Shown here in pieces: positions 8,755 through 17,688 of a stretch of DNA of 33,756 nucleotides; position 1 is the first letter of the stretch, and each line of letters begins with the position of its first letter. The notes under the pieces were generated by a model. The model was not told the origin of the DNA, made no database searches, and saw only the letters and a list, made by a program, of their open reading frames with translations. The translations under genes and the position numbers were made by a program. The stretch is from an uncultured virus (IMG/VR IMGVR_UViG_3300036715_000622). Its lineage: Duplodnaviria; Heunggongvirae; Uroviricota; Caudoviricetes. The DNA lies in IMG/VR virus record IMGVR_UViG_3300036715_000622; one strand, written 5' to 3'.

Positions 8755-11001
8755 TCAGAGTTTACATGCACCACTTTCACATCCACCATCTTCTAACATA
8801 TCATCCCCGGATCCATCATATGTGTTTGAATAGTATAACGTTTTCACTCCAGACTGATAAGCAAACAATAGGTCAGAAATAAGACAACTCATAGTAATTT
8901 CACCACGGGATGGGTTATAACTGGTATTTGCTGAGATTGATTGGTCAACCCAACGTTGCATTACTGCAACTGTTTTAAGATAATCTCGAACATCGACATT
9001 CCATAGAGTCTCATATACGTTATTCAGTTTGCTAAATTCTGGAACAACTTGTGGCAATACACCCTCTTTAGAGCCTTTGATGGTGATTAGACTTCTTGGC
9101 GGTTCAAATCCAGATGTTTCGTTAGATAGTTGTGAACTTGTTTCACATGGCATTAGTGCCATTAAAGTTGCGTTACGAATACCATATTTGAGTACTTGAG
9201 TTTTCAATGCAACCCAATCCATTCTAGTTTGTACAGGCCCCATACTGACATCTTTAGGGAAAATGCCATCATGGTATCGAGTGTGAACATCAATACTTCC
9301 TAGTTCTTCCGCAAGACTGATTGACGATTCTGTTAGATAATAAGCAATACGCTCCATCAACTTATCGGTTTCTAACAGTGCTTCGTCTGACCCCCATGTC
9401 ATTCGACCCTTAGCTAACCAGTGTGCATATCCAATAATACCTATTCCAAGTGGACGATATCGTTCGGTGTGACGTCGAGCAGCATCGTTCATATAATCTT
9501 GATATGATAGTAGCTCGTCCAGTCCTCTGTTTAACACTTGACAACAATCCCTAAGAATATCAATCTGTGACTCTGTCATTTCTTTACTGAATTTACCCAC
9601 ATTAACAGCGGCTAAAGTACATAGAGCAATAAGGGATTCATCATCGCCCATTGGGGCAGTTGGGAGACAGATTTCTTGGCATAGGTTAGATAAGAAAATG
9701 TTCTCATAAAATGGAGTTTGCTTATTAACATTATCAGCATTAAAGATGTAGATTCGACCAGTCTCAAATCGTTCATTCATCAACTTGGAAAAGTATTCCA
9801 TTGCTGGGATACTTTTACGAGTGACCTTTGGAGACGTTTCGTATTTTTCATACAAAGTTTTGAAAAGTTCAGTGTCATTGCTATAGAAGGCGTCGTATAA
9901 ATCTGGTAATTCTTCTGGGCTGAATAAAGTAATATTGCCACCAGTTACAAGTCGTTCATACATGAATCCATTTAATGCAACCGAATAATCCATGGTTCTA
10001 ATTCGTGTTTCTTCTGTACCTTTGTTGTTCTTAAGCTCAATCAAGCTCTCAAACTCAATATGCCAACCTGGGTACGACACTGTAGCAGATGCACCACGAA
10101 CTGACCCCTGTGAACATGATTTAAGAGCGGCATTAAAATACTTTGCAAAAGGAATGACCCCAGTAGTAACTGCCGTGCCTTTATTGACTAATTGTCCAAC
10201 ACCACGAATACGTCCAACATTGATACCAATTCCTGCTTTCTTAGATGCATATTCAACAATAGCGGAAGCAGTGGAATTTATAGATAACAGCGAATCTCCA
10301 CTATCAATTACTGTACAAGATGAGAATTGTTTTACTGGAGTTCTCATACCAGCCATGATTGGCGTGGGCAATGAAATATAATGTTGACTTGCTAAATCAT
10401 AGAATTTCTTAACCCACATCATTCGAGATTCTTTCGGATAACGTGCAAATAGCGTAGCAGCAACCATGATATATGGAAACTGGAAAGATTCATATATCTT
10501 CCTAGTCTTTCTATTTTGTACTAAGTATTTCTTGCGCATCTGTTCAGCGCCAGCATATCTAAATAGATCATCTCTACGGTGGTCGATCATTGAATTGAGT
10601 TCGTCTATTTCTTCATCGTTATAGTACTGTAGCACATCACCCGAGTAGAACCCAGATTCAATGTTACGATTTAAGACTGTTCGTAGGTGCGGGGGCATAT
10701 TAGTGCCAAATGCTTCTTTACGAACTGCAAACCAAACCAGTCTTGCTGCTACGTGGTCATAGTTTGGTGTATCTTCAGAAATCAAATCGGATGCTGCTTT
10801 TATCAGAAGTGAGTGTATCTCACTTGTTTTCATCCTATTATAGAAATGTATTTGTGCCTGCATTTCTATGTGGGATACGGAGACACCTCTAATGGGGGTG
10901 AGGCCGTCGTCGTTGGCGCCACTACATGCCCATTCTAGGACATTATGAATTTTAGTTAAATCAAGAGGTTGTACCGATCCGTCACGTTTAATTACGTTCA
11001 A
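8755..11001 (-). CDS. nrdA: ribonucleotide reductase class Ia alpha subunit (ATP cone, TTG start)
   Basis: VIKRDG ATP cone, QFSSC, SNLCQEI, KTLYY, C-terminal CESGAC. Confidence 0.97.
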   Translation of the reverse strand: MNVIKRDGSVQPLDLTKIHNVLEWACSGANDDGLTPIRGVSVSHIEMQAQIHFYNRMKTSEIHSLLIKAASDLISEDTPNYDHVAARLVWFAVRKEAFGTNMPPHLRTVLNRNIESGFYSGDVLQYYNDEEIDELNSMIDHRRDDLFRYAGAEQMRKKYLVQNRKTRKIYESFQFPYIMVAATLFARYPKESRMMWVKKFYDLASQHYISLPTPIMAGMRTPVKQFSSCTVIDSGDSLLSINSTASAIVEYASKKAGIGINVGRIRGVGQLVNKGTAVTTGVIPFAKYFNAALKSCSQGSVRGASATVSYPGWHIEFESLIELKNNKGTEETRIRTMDYSVALNGFMYERLVTGGNITLFSPEELPDLYDAFYSNDTELFKTLYEKYETSPKVTRKSIPAMEYFSKLMNERFETGRIYIFNADNVNKQTPFYENIFLSNLCQEICLPTAPMGDDESLIALCTLAAVNVGKFSKEMTESQIDILRDCCQVLNRGLDELLSYQDYMNDAARRHTERYRPLGIGIIGYAHWLAKGRMTWGSDEALLETDKLMERIAYYLTESSISLAEELGSIDVHTRYHDGIFPKDVSMGPVQTRMDWVALKTQVLKYGIRNATLMALMPCETSSQLSNETSGFEPPRSLITIKGSKEGVLPQVVPEFSKLNNVYETLWNVDVRDYLKTVAVMQRWVDQSISANTSYNPSRGEITMSCLISDLLFAYQSGVKTLYYSNTYDGSGDDMLEDGGCESGACKL

Positions 11002-11031
11002 ATTGAAAACTCCATGTTATTTTTATATGAA

Positions 11032-11089
11032 AAGCCACGAGCAGAAACCTAGGGCTTTTAAGAAAGGACTAGGTTTCTGCTCGTGGCTT
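11032..11089. repeat. 21-bp perfect inverted repeat (terminator or processing hairpin) upstream of nrdA
   Basis: AAGCCACGAGCAGAAACCTAG (11032-11052) / CTAGGTTTCTGCTCGTGGCTT (11069-11089). Confidence 0.85.
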
Positions 11090-11161
11090 ACCCGTTTTGA
11101 CATGTTTACTGCGTCTTTTTTAATGTTTGACTTACTCTAGCTCGTTTTTCTTTGCGTAATC

Positions 11162-12073
11162 TCAGACATTTGTATTTTCGTACATTGCACCCTTAGTCAA
11201 GCCCTCAGAAACGTATATAGACGAGATTTTGTTTACGTCCAGCCCGTCTGTCAAGCACTCGGCCTTTATTTGTTCTACAAAAAAGTTGGTAAGGTTTTCA
11301 ACTGTGGTTTCAGTGTCAATGATTTGATATTTTGCATCGTCCGAAATAATCTTAATTTGAATAGTTCCCCTACACTTGCTTTCATATGTGACAGTCTTTG
11401 ATAATTCATCCCAATTGCTAGACCAAATGAACATTGTATTGTCAAATTTATCTACAACCTTTTTAATTGTTTTTCCAAACTCAACTACTTCATCATTTGA
11501 AATGGGAACAGATGCAACCGCCAAATAAGACAGATGACCATGTAAAGTCTGACATCCAAACGAAGAAGAGTTCTTCAATCCATGGGTATAGGAGAAATAA
11601 AATACGTTTCTATTATTTTGACCAGGCATTCCTTCGATGTCAGTTGTATTGAAACATTTAATCTTAAGAGTTGGGTTCAACTTATTCAGATATTCTTCCA
11701 GTGCAATTGTGAAGGTATCAAACGAATTCTTTTCGAGATCTTCTTCTATGAACCGAACCCCATTATCTGGAACTCTGATCTCAAACATCTTCGTTTTAAT
11801 AACATAGGTATGTCCAACTAACTTCGTTGAAATAATACCAGATCGATTAGAAATGATTAACTTATGGTCAAATCCAGTCTCTTTGTCGTCAATCTGACTC
11901 TTCAATTTCTTTTTAATGGAAGAAAAATCTTCGACAACTTGTTCTTCATTGTCGATTGATCCAGAGACAGTGAATTTTGGGTTATACGAAGCTCCCAAAA
12001 CATTTCCATCTTCCATAATAAAAGCACAATCAATGGTAGTAACCTGACCTAACCACATCGTCGAAGTGTTCAT
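11162..12073 (-). CDS. QueD-like (6-carboxytetrahydropterin synthase, tandem T-fold) protein
   Basis: DFSSIKK..GFDHKL, THGL..GCQTLHGH, TTVENL, VSEGLTKGA; start MNTSTMW with RBS. Confidence 0.7.
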   Translation of the reverse strand: MNTSTMWLGQVTTIDCAFIMEDGNVLGASYNPKFTVSGSIDNEEQVVEDFSSIKKKLKSQIDDKETGFDHKLIISNRSGIISTKLVGHTYVIKTKMFEIRVPDNGVRFIEEDLEKNSFDTFTIALEEYLNKLNPTLKIKCFNTTDIEGMPGQNNRNVFYFSYTHGLKNSSSFGCQTLHGHLSYLAVASVPISNDEVVEFGKTIKKVVDKFDNTMFIWSSNWDELSKTVTYESKCRGTIQIKIISDDAKYQIIDTETTVENLTNFFVEQIKAECLTDGLDVNKISSIYVSEGLTKGAMYENTNV

Positions 12074-12103
12074 TTGTAAATCCCTTTGTAAAATTGTAGT
12101 GTA

Positions 12104-12340
12104 GTCAACTACCACGCTCTAAAGGACGTAGCTTACCCACTCCCATAACCAACCAGCCTCATGCTGGATCTCTCGATTTTACTAGTCATTTTCTATAAGG
12201 CCGATGGGATCTCTAGTCCCAAATCGCCTATTGCATGCGATTCGCTTCGTTGATAACGCAGCACTCAACCTTAGTGCTTGGGTCTTTCGACCACTACCCC
12301 ACTAAGTGTGCTAAGTCCACAAATTTTGATTGCCACGATT
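12104..12340 (-). mobile_element. orphan IS200/IS605-like right end / TnpB omega-RNA-like scaffold, no transposase or tnpB
   Basis: ends AAGCTACGTCC-TTTA-GAGCGTGGTAGTTGAC; several upstream hairpins; non-coding. Confidence 0.55.
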
Positions 12341-12343
12341 GGT

Positions 12344-12439
12344 TCATTCGTCTGTTCCGGAGCTAATAAACCAACCAATAAACAAGGCCACTGGTATCGA
12401 CAAGAGAAACCAGATGAGTAGCGCAAGTAGTAAATCCAT
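12344..12439 (-). CDS. small membrane peptide (31 aa)
   Basis: MDLLLALLIWFLLSIPVALFIGWFISSGTDE with GGAG RBS. Confidence 0.55.
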   Translation of the reverse strand: MDLLLALLIWFLLSIPVALFIGWFISSGTDE

Positions 12440-12465
12440 TTCATTCTCCTTGTGTAGTTCCAGCT

Positions 12466-12678
12466 TTAATCTTCCTGAGGAGGGTCAAGGAACTCCATCC
12501 AGTGAGTAGGTGTCAAATAATAATCCAGGGGAAAATCTGCCAAGGCCCAGTTATTACGGTAGGCATCCCACCATGCAGGATATACCCACGGATCTCCAAC
12601 TTTACCCACTAGAATCCTACAATCTTTTGGGGCAGTTTCTATAGGCTGCCATTTGCTACTCTTGGATATATCTGTCAT
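12466..12678 (-). CDS. DUF551-like phage protein
   Basis: WQPIETAPKD ... PTHWM. Confidence 0.75.
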   Translation of the reverse strand: MTDISKSSKWQPIETAPKDCRILVGKVGDPWVYPAWWDAYRNNWALADFPLDYYLTPTHWMEFLDPPQED

Positions 12679-13325
12679 TTTATTCCCCTATTGCCTACAC
12701 TCCTAGCCATTCCTAGCAGCAGGTCTCTAAACTCAGTCGGTGTATGGATTCTCACAGTGCTGTTAGTCCCGCCCCCCTTTAACCCTAATTCACCTATCCG
12801 CCTGCATTTTTCTATACCGTATTTATCTATCGCCCACTGTGGAAATACCGCCTCACTTTTTCCCCACAGAAGCTCTGGCAAATCCGTGCCAACTGCATAT
12901 AATAGCGTAGGCTTCCGCGCATAGTGGCCGTATTTTCCCTGTTCAACACAGCATGTCCACCCGCCAAAGTCATCGGCCTTTACCCAACCACCTGAGCGAG
13001 ACGGCACAGTAAGGCCAAAATGTGGCCAAGCATGGCTCCCCCACGGATGCTCTAGCACTCCACCAAATCGGTAAACGCTATTCAATGCTGCGGCAAAACA
13101 ACCACCATCATCGCCTTTTATCTTGCGTTCCCCCGTTCTAGCAATCCATAGTGGACTTCCAGCCCAGAATTTACCCCATCGCTGGCAAGGAGGGTGCGCT
13201 ACTACTGGATACGGGCCGTTATATTTTCTGGCATCTCTCGATTCATCCCAAGGGTCAACACCCTCTAGCCCAAAATAGGCCCCAGAAGTCTCAACGTACA
13301 GCGCAGCAACAGTAACCATCTTCAT
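12675..13325 (-). CDS. DNA cytosine methyltransferase-like protein (divergent)
   Basis: VVAHPPCQ catalytic-like PC, LEHP, YGHYARKPT; canonical FxGxG not seen. Confidence 0.55.
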   Translation of the reverse strand: MKMVTVAALYVETSGAYFGLEGVDPWDESRDARKYNGPYPVVAHPPCQRWGKFWAGSPLWIARTGERKIKGDDGGCFAAALNSVYRFGGVLEHPWGSHAWPHFGLTVPSRSGGWVKADDFGGWTCCVEQGKYGHYARKPTLLYAVGTDLPELLWGKSEAVFPQWAIDKYGIEKCRRIGELGLKGGGTNSTVRIHTPTEFRDLLLGMARSVGNRGIK

Positions 13326-13376
13326 TCGTTATCCTACAAGTTTATTTTTCATATAATGATTTCTAGTTCCCTTTTA

Positions 13377-13613
13377 CTATTGTGGCAATTGGCTTAACCA
13401 ATACTTGACGGCAGACTCAACTGCTACTTTTGCGTCCTTCTTAAACCGGAATTCTCCACGCCGTTCGAAGCCCGGCAATTTACATACAGAGATGTATTTC
13501 ACTACGTCGCCCTTAGACCAGAGACGGTTATAGTTAATACTCCCAACGTTCCATGGTCCAAGAAACAATACTTCACCGATTGAATGCTTCGCGGTATCTT
13601 TTACCCATTTCAT
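13377..13613 (-). CDS. hypothetical protein
   Basis: 78 aa ORF. Confidence 0.65.
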   Translation of the reverse strand: MKWVKDTAKHSIGEVLFLGPWNVGSINYNRLWSKGDVVKYISVCKLPGFERRGEFRFKKDAKVAVESAVKYWLSQLPQ

Positions 13614-13646
13614 TTTATTTTATTCTCTCTGTAATTTCTCACTGTG

Positions 13647-13886
13647 CTAAATAGCTACTTCAAGGTCGAATCTGGCTCCCACAAATGTCAATACTGCTTG
13701 CATCTCCTCAGTTCCCACTGGACCTGGTACTCGCTTACCTACCTGTTCGGCCTTATTGCGCCCGAGCATCAACAGTGCTAGATCTGTGTTACCTCTGTTT
13801 ATTTCTGCAGTGATTTCTTCACAGACATCCTGAAGCTCATCACGCAACTCAAGGAACTTTAATGCTAATACAGGTTTCTTTTTCAT
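13647..13886 (-). CDS. hypothetical protein
   Basis: AAGGA RBS; promoter TTGACA-17-TATAAT at 13954-13926. Confidence 0.7.
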   Translation of the reverse strand: MKKKPVLALKFLELRDELQDVCEEITAEINRGNTDLALLMLGRNKAEQVGKRVPGPVGTEEMQAVLTFVGARFDLEVAI

Positions 13887-13979
13887 TTTATTTCCTTCTT
13901 CGCTGTTTGACTACATTATGAACAAATTATATAAGAAGTCAGAAAGAATGTCAAGACTTTTTCTGGTGTCTATTCAGCG

Positions 13980-14306
13980 TTAGTTACCAGCCGCTTTCGA
14001 CGCCCTTAACGCTGCAAGCGTGTCCATTGTCATCGCGTCAGTGTTGCGCCCCTTGTCCAAATATATCAGTGTCAATCGCCGTACAGCGATCAGCGCCTCC
14101 ACCTCGGTCAACCCGGCAAGGCCACCACAGTGTGCAATGTCTGCGATCTGCTTTAGCGTGTTTTCTTCCGTGTTATTGGATGGTACTGCCATTCGTGAAC
14201 TATCTGAGGTAGTGCACTTCAATATATCAATTCCAGAACGTGTAGAGTAATCAGCGCCACCACTAGACCATGAGTTAATCATGATTGTGCGCGTAAATAA
14301 GGTCAC
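13980..14306 (-). CDS. hypothetical protein (start uncertain)
   Basis: ORF track; operon orientation. Confidence 0.5.
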   Translation of the reverse strand: MTLFTRTIMINSWSSGGADYSTRSGIDILKCTTSDSSRMAVPSNNTEENTLKQIADIAHCGGLAGLTEVEALIAVRRLTLIYLDKGRNTDAMTMDTLAALRASKAAGN

Positions 14307-14460
14307 TTACTCGTACACACTCACCACAACCCCATCTCCAGTCACAGGAGTCGCACTCCCACTTTCCGTTGCGCTTTTTAATGTTTCCACCACAGTCACA
14401 TTTAAAACTGAGTTCTTTATCTTCTGGTATATCGTCAAACGCCATCTCGTTCTCCTGCAT
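14275..14460 (-). CDS. small Zn-ribbon-like protein
   Basis: CDCGG...WECDSC. Confidence 0.6.
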   Translation of the reverse strand: MQENEMAFDDIPEDKELSFKCDCGGNIKKRNGKWECDSCDWRWGCGECVRVSDLIYAHNHD

Positions 14461-14486
14461 AGTTTTGTTGGTTTCGGTGATTTTTT

Positions 14487-14714
14487 CTATCTAATAAAAG
14501 ATTTCAACTCATCCTGAGCTATCAGGAAAACCTCGTGTATAGCGGCCATTCTGGGGTGGTCAAATATATGAACCACGTTGCTAGCATGAACGCGCACCTC
14601 CCCATCCTCATACTCACGAAGTTCGTTCTCCACGAACCCATATGTATGGCCACGCCATGCTTCTATCCACTTATGCGTCACCTTATAGCTGCCGTATTTA
14701 TCTCTTGGGTACAT
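14487..14714 (-). CDS. hypothetical protein
   Basis: GAGG RBS, 75 aa. Confidence 0.65.
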   Translation of the reverse strand: MYPRDKYGSYKVTHKWIEAWRGHTYGFVENELREYEDGEVRVHASNVVHIFDHPRMAAIHEVFLIAQDELKSFIR

Positions 14715-14796
14715 ACCTCTTTCCTTAAAAAATTATTAGCATCCAGCTTAATTACGTTCTCAACCAATAGATGTAGCCAAGTTCACTACGGTTTTC

Positions 14797-14870
14797 TGGT
14801 GCCCCGCGACAGAATCGAACTGCCGATACCTGATTACAAAGCAGGTGTTATACCATTTAACTAGCAGGGC
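14797..14870 (-). tRNA. tRNA-Thr(UGU)
   Basis: cloverleaf, loop TT-TGT-AA, TTCGA T-loop, CCA. Confidence 0.92.
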
Positions 14871-14904
14871 TAATACATATGAGTATTACTAATACCCATA
14901 TGTA

Positions 14905-15160
14905 TTGGCTCTCTATTTGGTAATAAGGGAGAGAGCCGGAACCTTACTTTAGCTTAAGCAGCTAAAGCGTAAACTTCATCGTTTGCGTTTATAGTTTTTT
15001 GTTTTAACGCTTTACATAGCGGGTTGCATTTATCCTATCTCACCCAATCGAAACTAGATCAGACCCATTAGTAAGTATACTATTTAGTACACTTACTGGT
15101 GGATCTGGCGGAGATTTGCACTCCGCGTCTTGAGCGCCTTACTTTAATGTTTACAACCAT
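14905..15160 (-). ncRNA. ssrA: circularly permuted two-piece tmRNA
   Basis: T-arm plus CAGATCC-ACCA (ends 15097) precedes the GGGTCTG 5' end (15066); G3:U70 pair; tag ANDEVYALAA* at 14986-14954. Confidence 0.9.
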
Positions 15161-15172
15161 TTACTGAGGATA

Positions 15173-15445
15173 TTAGATATCCTCTACTGAAATATCAGAC
15201 ATACGTTCTGCTAGAAACTTACGGTAGTTATTTTTTACATCAAACTCCGCCATTAGTTCATTAATAGCATTAGTTTTAGCATCTTCAATACTCTGCATTT
15301 CAGCAGTAAAGATAGCTTGATCCTCTTCACTCAATTCGCTAATATCTACACCAAAATAATCTGTGAATGGTGAACGAATAGATACGAATGTACGCTTACT
15401 AGTTTTACCATCAGGTTTAGTATAGGTAAAGTTCATAATCTTCAT
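15173..15445 (-). CDS. hypothetical protein
   Basis: AAGGA RBS; promoter 15504-15476; FTYTKPDGKTSKR. Confidence 0.75.
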   Translation of the reverse strand: MKIMNFTYTKPDGKTSKRTFVSIRSPFTDYFGVDISELSEEDQAIFTAEMQSIEDAKTNAINELMAEFDVKNNYRKFLAERMSDISVEDI

Positions 15446-15510
15446 TTTATTTCCTTTTTCATCATTTAAAAATATATTATAGCAAGATTAAGCAAAGAAG
15501 TCAAGTGTGG

Positions 15511-15771
15511 TCATACTGCGCTTAAAGATTCTTCAAGAGATACTTTAAAACGCTCACCCAAATCTGGAATAATTGTAATTATAATCAATAGGGGTGCGGC
15601 TAACATAGTAAGTATAAAGAACGTAAAATACGTTATAAACTTATTTTGTATAACTACACTTAATGGATGATCCTTTTCAATTAGCTTTAAAACGGGCCTA
15701 ATGAGAATAATTAGGGCAGTTAATGATGTTGCTAGTGCAAAAATTAGGTATAGCATTATGCCTGTTTCCAA
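15511..15771 (-). CDS. membrane protein (2 TM)
   Basis: two hydrophobic segments. Confidence 0.65.
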   Translation of the reverse strand: METGIMLYLIFALATSLTALIILIRPVLKLIEKDHPLSVVIQNKFITYFTFFILTMLAAPLLIIITIIPDLGERFKVSLEESLSAV

Positions 15772-15865
15772 ATAAGATTCCCCTTTTTATCATGCGCGCG
15801 GGCTTTAATGCTAAAATCGCACTTATTGAACCCCTTATGCGATTCTTTTTCTTTTACTACTTGTT

Positions 15866-16105
15866 TCATATTAGTTTCCTTATAGATATTGTATTATTTG
15901 GTAAGTAAGATAGTTCTACTACCTTTAACTCTTCTAAGAGTCTTAGTGCATCCACAACTTCATCCTCAGTTTCGCAAATAACACCTCCTGCTGATAACAT
16001 CAAAGATATACGCGACAAATCTTCTTCCAGAAGTGGTTTCGCAACTTCTGGAAGAATATCAATTAAATCTTTTAGTGGATTAATATTTGTTAGTGCTATA
16101 CGCAT
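15866..16105 (-). CDS. hypothetical protein
   Basis: overlaps upstream gene. Confidence 0.6.
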   Translation of the reverse strand: MRIALTNINPLKDLIDILPEVAKPLLEEDLSRISLMLSAGGVICETEDEVVDALRLLEELKVVELSYLPNNTISIRKLI

Positions 16106-16380
16106 ACAATATTAGTATTCTCAATTCTTTCGCACAGTGCATTATACTCTTTAGTTGCATGTGCGATCTCGATTACAGGTATTAGTGCACTGCACAAACT
16201 ACCAATATCATTCATATCAAATGGAATTGTACGGCCAATTGTATCAGTAATTGTTATATAGTCTGAGTTAATATCTAGTGCGTACTCATACGCCCTACCT
16301 TCATGCATAAACATAGTAACATTATCTTTTACGCGAGATTCAAGGTATTCACCAGTAATTTGTCCAAAGTAAATTTTCAT
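16096..16380 (-). CDS. hypothetical protein
   Basis: 94 aa ORF with RBS. Confidence 0.65.
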   Translation of the reverse strand: MKIYFGQITGEYLESRVKDNVTMFMHEGRAYEYALDINSDYITITDTIGRTIPFDMNDIGSLCSALIPVIEIAHATKEYNALCERIENTNIVCV

Positions 16381-16416
16381 TCTATTGCCTTTTGTTGTTA
16401 GAAAGTTAATATAGGG

Positions 16417-16498
16417 CTACCGATAAGGGACTCGAACCCCTGTGGACTTACGTCGTTGGTTTTGGAGACCAATGCAATCGCCGCTATGCGAATCGGTA
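16417..16498 (-). tRNA. tRNA-Trp(CCA) with long variable arm, no encoded CCA
   Basis: TACCGAT/ATCGGTA acceptor, loop CT-CCA-AA, 14-nt variable region. Confidence 0.8.
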
Positions 16499-16562
16499 GT
16501 AGTTAAATATTGCAGTTTTTCCTCGACTTAAAATACTATTATACACTAATATACTTATAAAA

Positions 16563-17096
16563 TCAAGATCTATTTTTTAGTATCTCATTAATTTCTGCTA
16601 GTGAAATAGGTGTATAATTGATTTGTTCTACACATACACATAGATATGCTTCATCGTGCTCATATGGCGGAAATTCATGCCTAACTATGTTATCATGGGT
16701 ATGCCCATGAATATTAGCTCTATGCTTTCCAATACTTAATCTGTGGACTGGAATATGAGTAAGTAGCAACTTATCAATCTGGTGACTTCCACGCACATCT
16801 TTAAAATATTTCATGTACTGTGATAGCTTACCAGTATCATGATTGCCTTTGATAAGTATTTTTTCACCATTAAGTCTACCTAGAATAGGCAGTTCTTTAT
16901 GGCTCATAGCAACATCCCCTAGATGATAGACTTTTGACTTTGGGGATACTTTTTCATTCCAATTTTTCACCATAGTTTCATCCATTTCTTCAACCGAAGA
17001 AAAATGCCTTAGTTTCGTAACTCCATCAGAGCGTAGAAAACTAAGGCTATTTTTGTGTCCAAAATGGGTATCACTAATAAAAAACGTATTAAACAT
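16563..17096 (-). CDS. calcineurin-like metallophosphoesterase
   Basis: SDTHFGH, LGD, GNHD, HIP, HGHTH. Confidence 0.9.
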   Translation of the reverse strand: MFNTFFISDTHFGHKNSLSFLRSDGVTKLRHFSSVEEMDETMVKNWNEKVSPKSKVYHLGDVAMSHKELPILGRLNGEKILIKGNHDTGKLSQYMKYFKDVRGSHQIDKLLLTHIPVHRLSIGKHRANIHGHTHDNIVRHEFPPYEHDEAYLCVCVEQINYTPISLAEINEILKNRS

Positions 17097-17107
17097 TGTT
17101 ATATCCT

Positions 17108-17183
17108 TGGTGGAGCCTACTGGAATCGAACCAGTTTCAACGGTTCTTCAAACCGCCGCTATGACCACATCAGCTAAAGCTCC
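17108..17183 (-). tRNA. tRNA-Phe(GAA)
   Basis: cloverleaf, loop TT-GAA-GA, CCA. Confidence 0.92.
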
Positions 17184-17184
17184 T

Positions 17185-17259
17185 TGGTAGTCGGTGAGAG
17201 TTCCGAGATCTCGACTTCTTGTTTGTAGGACAAGCGCTCTGCCACTGAGCTAACCGACT
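17185..17259 (-). tRNA. tRNA-Val(UAC), non-canonical
   Basis: loop CC-TAC-AA (C33), T-loop CTCGGAA, CCA. Confidence 0.8.
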
Positions 17260-17266
17260 ATTAATT

Positions 17267-17340
17267 TGGAGCAGGTAGGGAGAGTCGAACTCCACTCAGC
17301 GCAGCTTGGAAGGCTGGCGTCTCACCTTGAGCTTACCTGC
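17267..17340 (-). tRNA. tRNA-Gly(UCC)
   Basis: loop CT-TCC-AA, TCCA end. Confidence 0.88.
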
Positions 17341-17364
17341 ATTTAATCTTTTAAAACTCTAAGA

Positions 17365-17435
17365 GGTGGCCGATGGGGCTTGAACCCATACTACTCACGT
17401 CACAAGAGAGGTTGCTACCGTTACAATACGGCCAC
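17365..17435 (-). tRNA. tRNA-His(GUG), no encoded CCA
   Basis: GTGGCCG/CGGCCAC acceptor, loop TT-GTG-AC. Confidence 0.8.
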
Positions 17436-17449
17436 ATCTTAGAATTCTT

Positions 17450-17524
17450 TGGTTCCGGACACTGGATTTGAACCAGTGACCAATGCGTTATCAACACACT
17501 GCTCTACCACTGAGCTAGTCCGGA
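17450..17524 (-). tRNA. tRNA-Ile(GAU)
   Basis: loop TT-GAT-AA, CCA. Confidence 0.92.
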
Positions 17525-17530
17525 ATTATT

Positions 17531-17608
17531 TGGTGACCTCCGAGGAATTCGAATCCCCAACCTCCTCGTCCGTAGCGAGGTGCTCTATTCCAATTGAGCT
17601 AGGAGGCC
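17531..17608 (-). tRNA. tRNA-Arg(ACG)
   Basis: loop CT-ACG-GA, CCA. Confidence 0.92.
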
Positions 17609-17614
17609 ATTATT

Positions 17615-17688
17615 TGGTGGAAAATCCAAGGGTCGAACTTGGGAGAAGTGCGTATGAAGCACTCGGTTTACCTCTAGCCTAATTTTCC
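17615..17688 (-). tRNA. tRNA-Met/Ile2(CAU)
   Basis: loop TT-CAT-AC, CCA. Confidence 0.82.

Noticed and set aside
7649..11001. Introns or inteins in nrdA and nrdB
   Set aside because: Both ORFs are continuous and of normal length.
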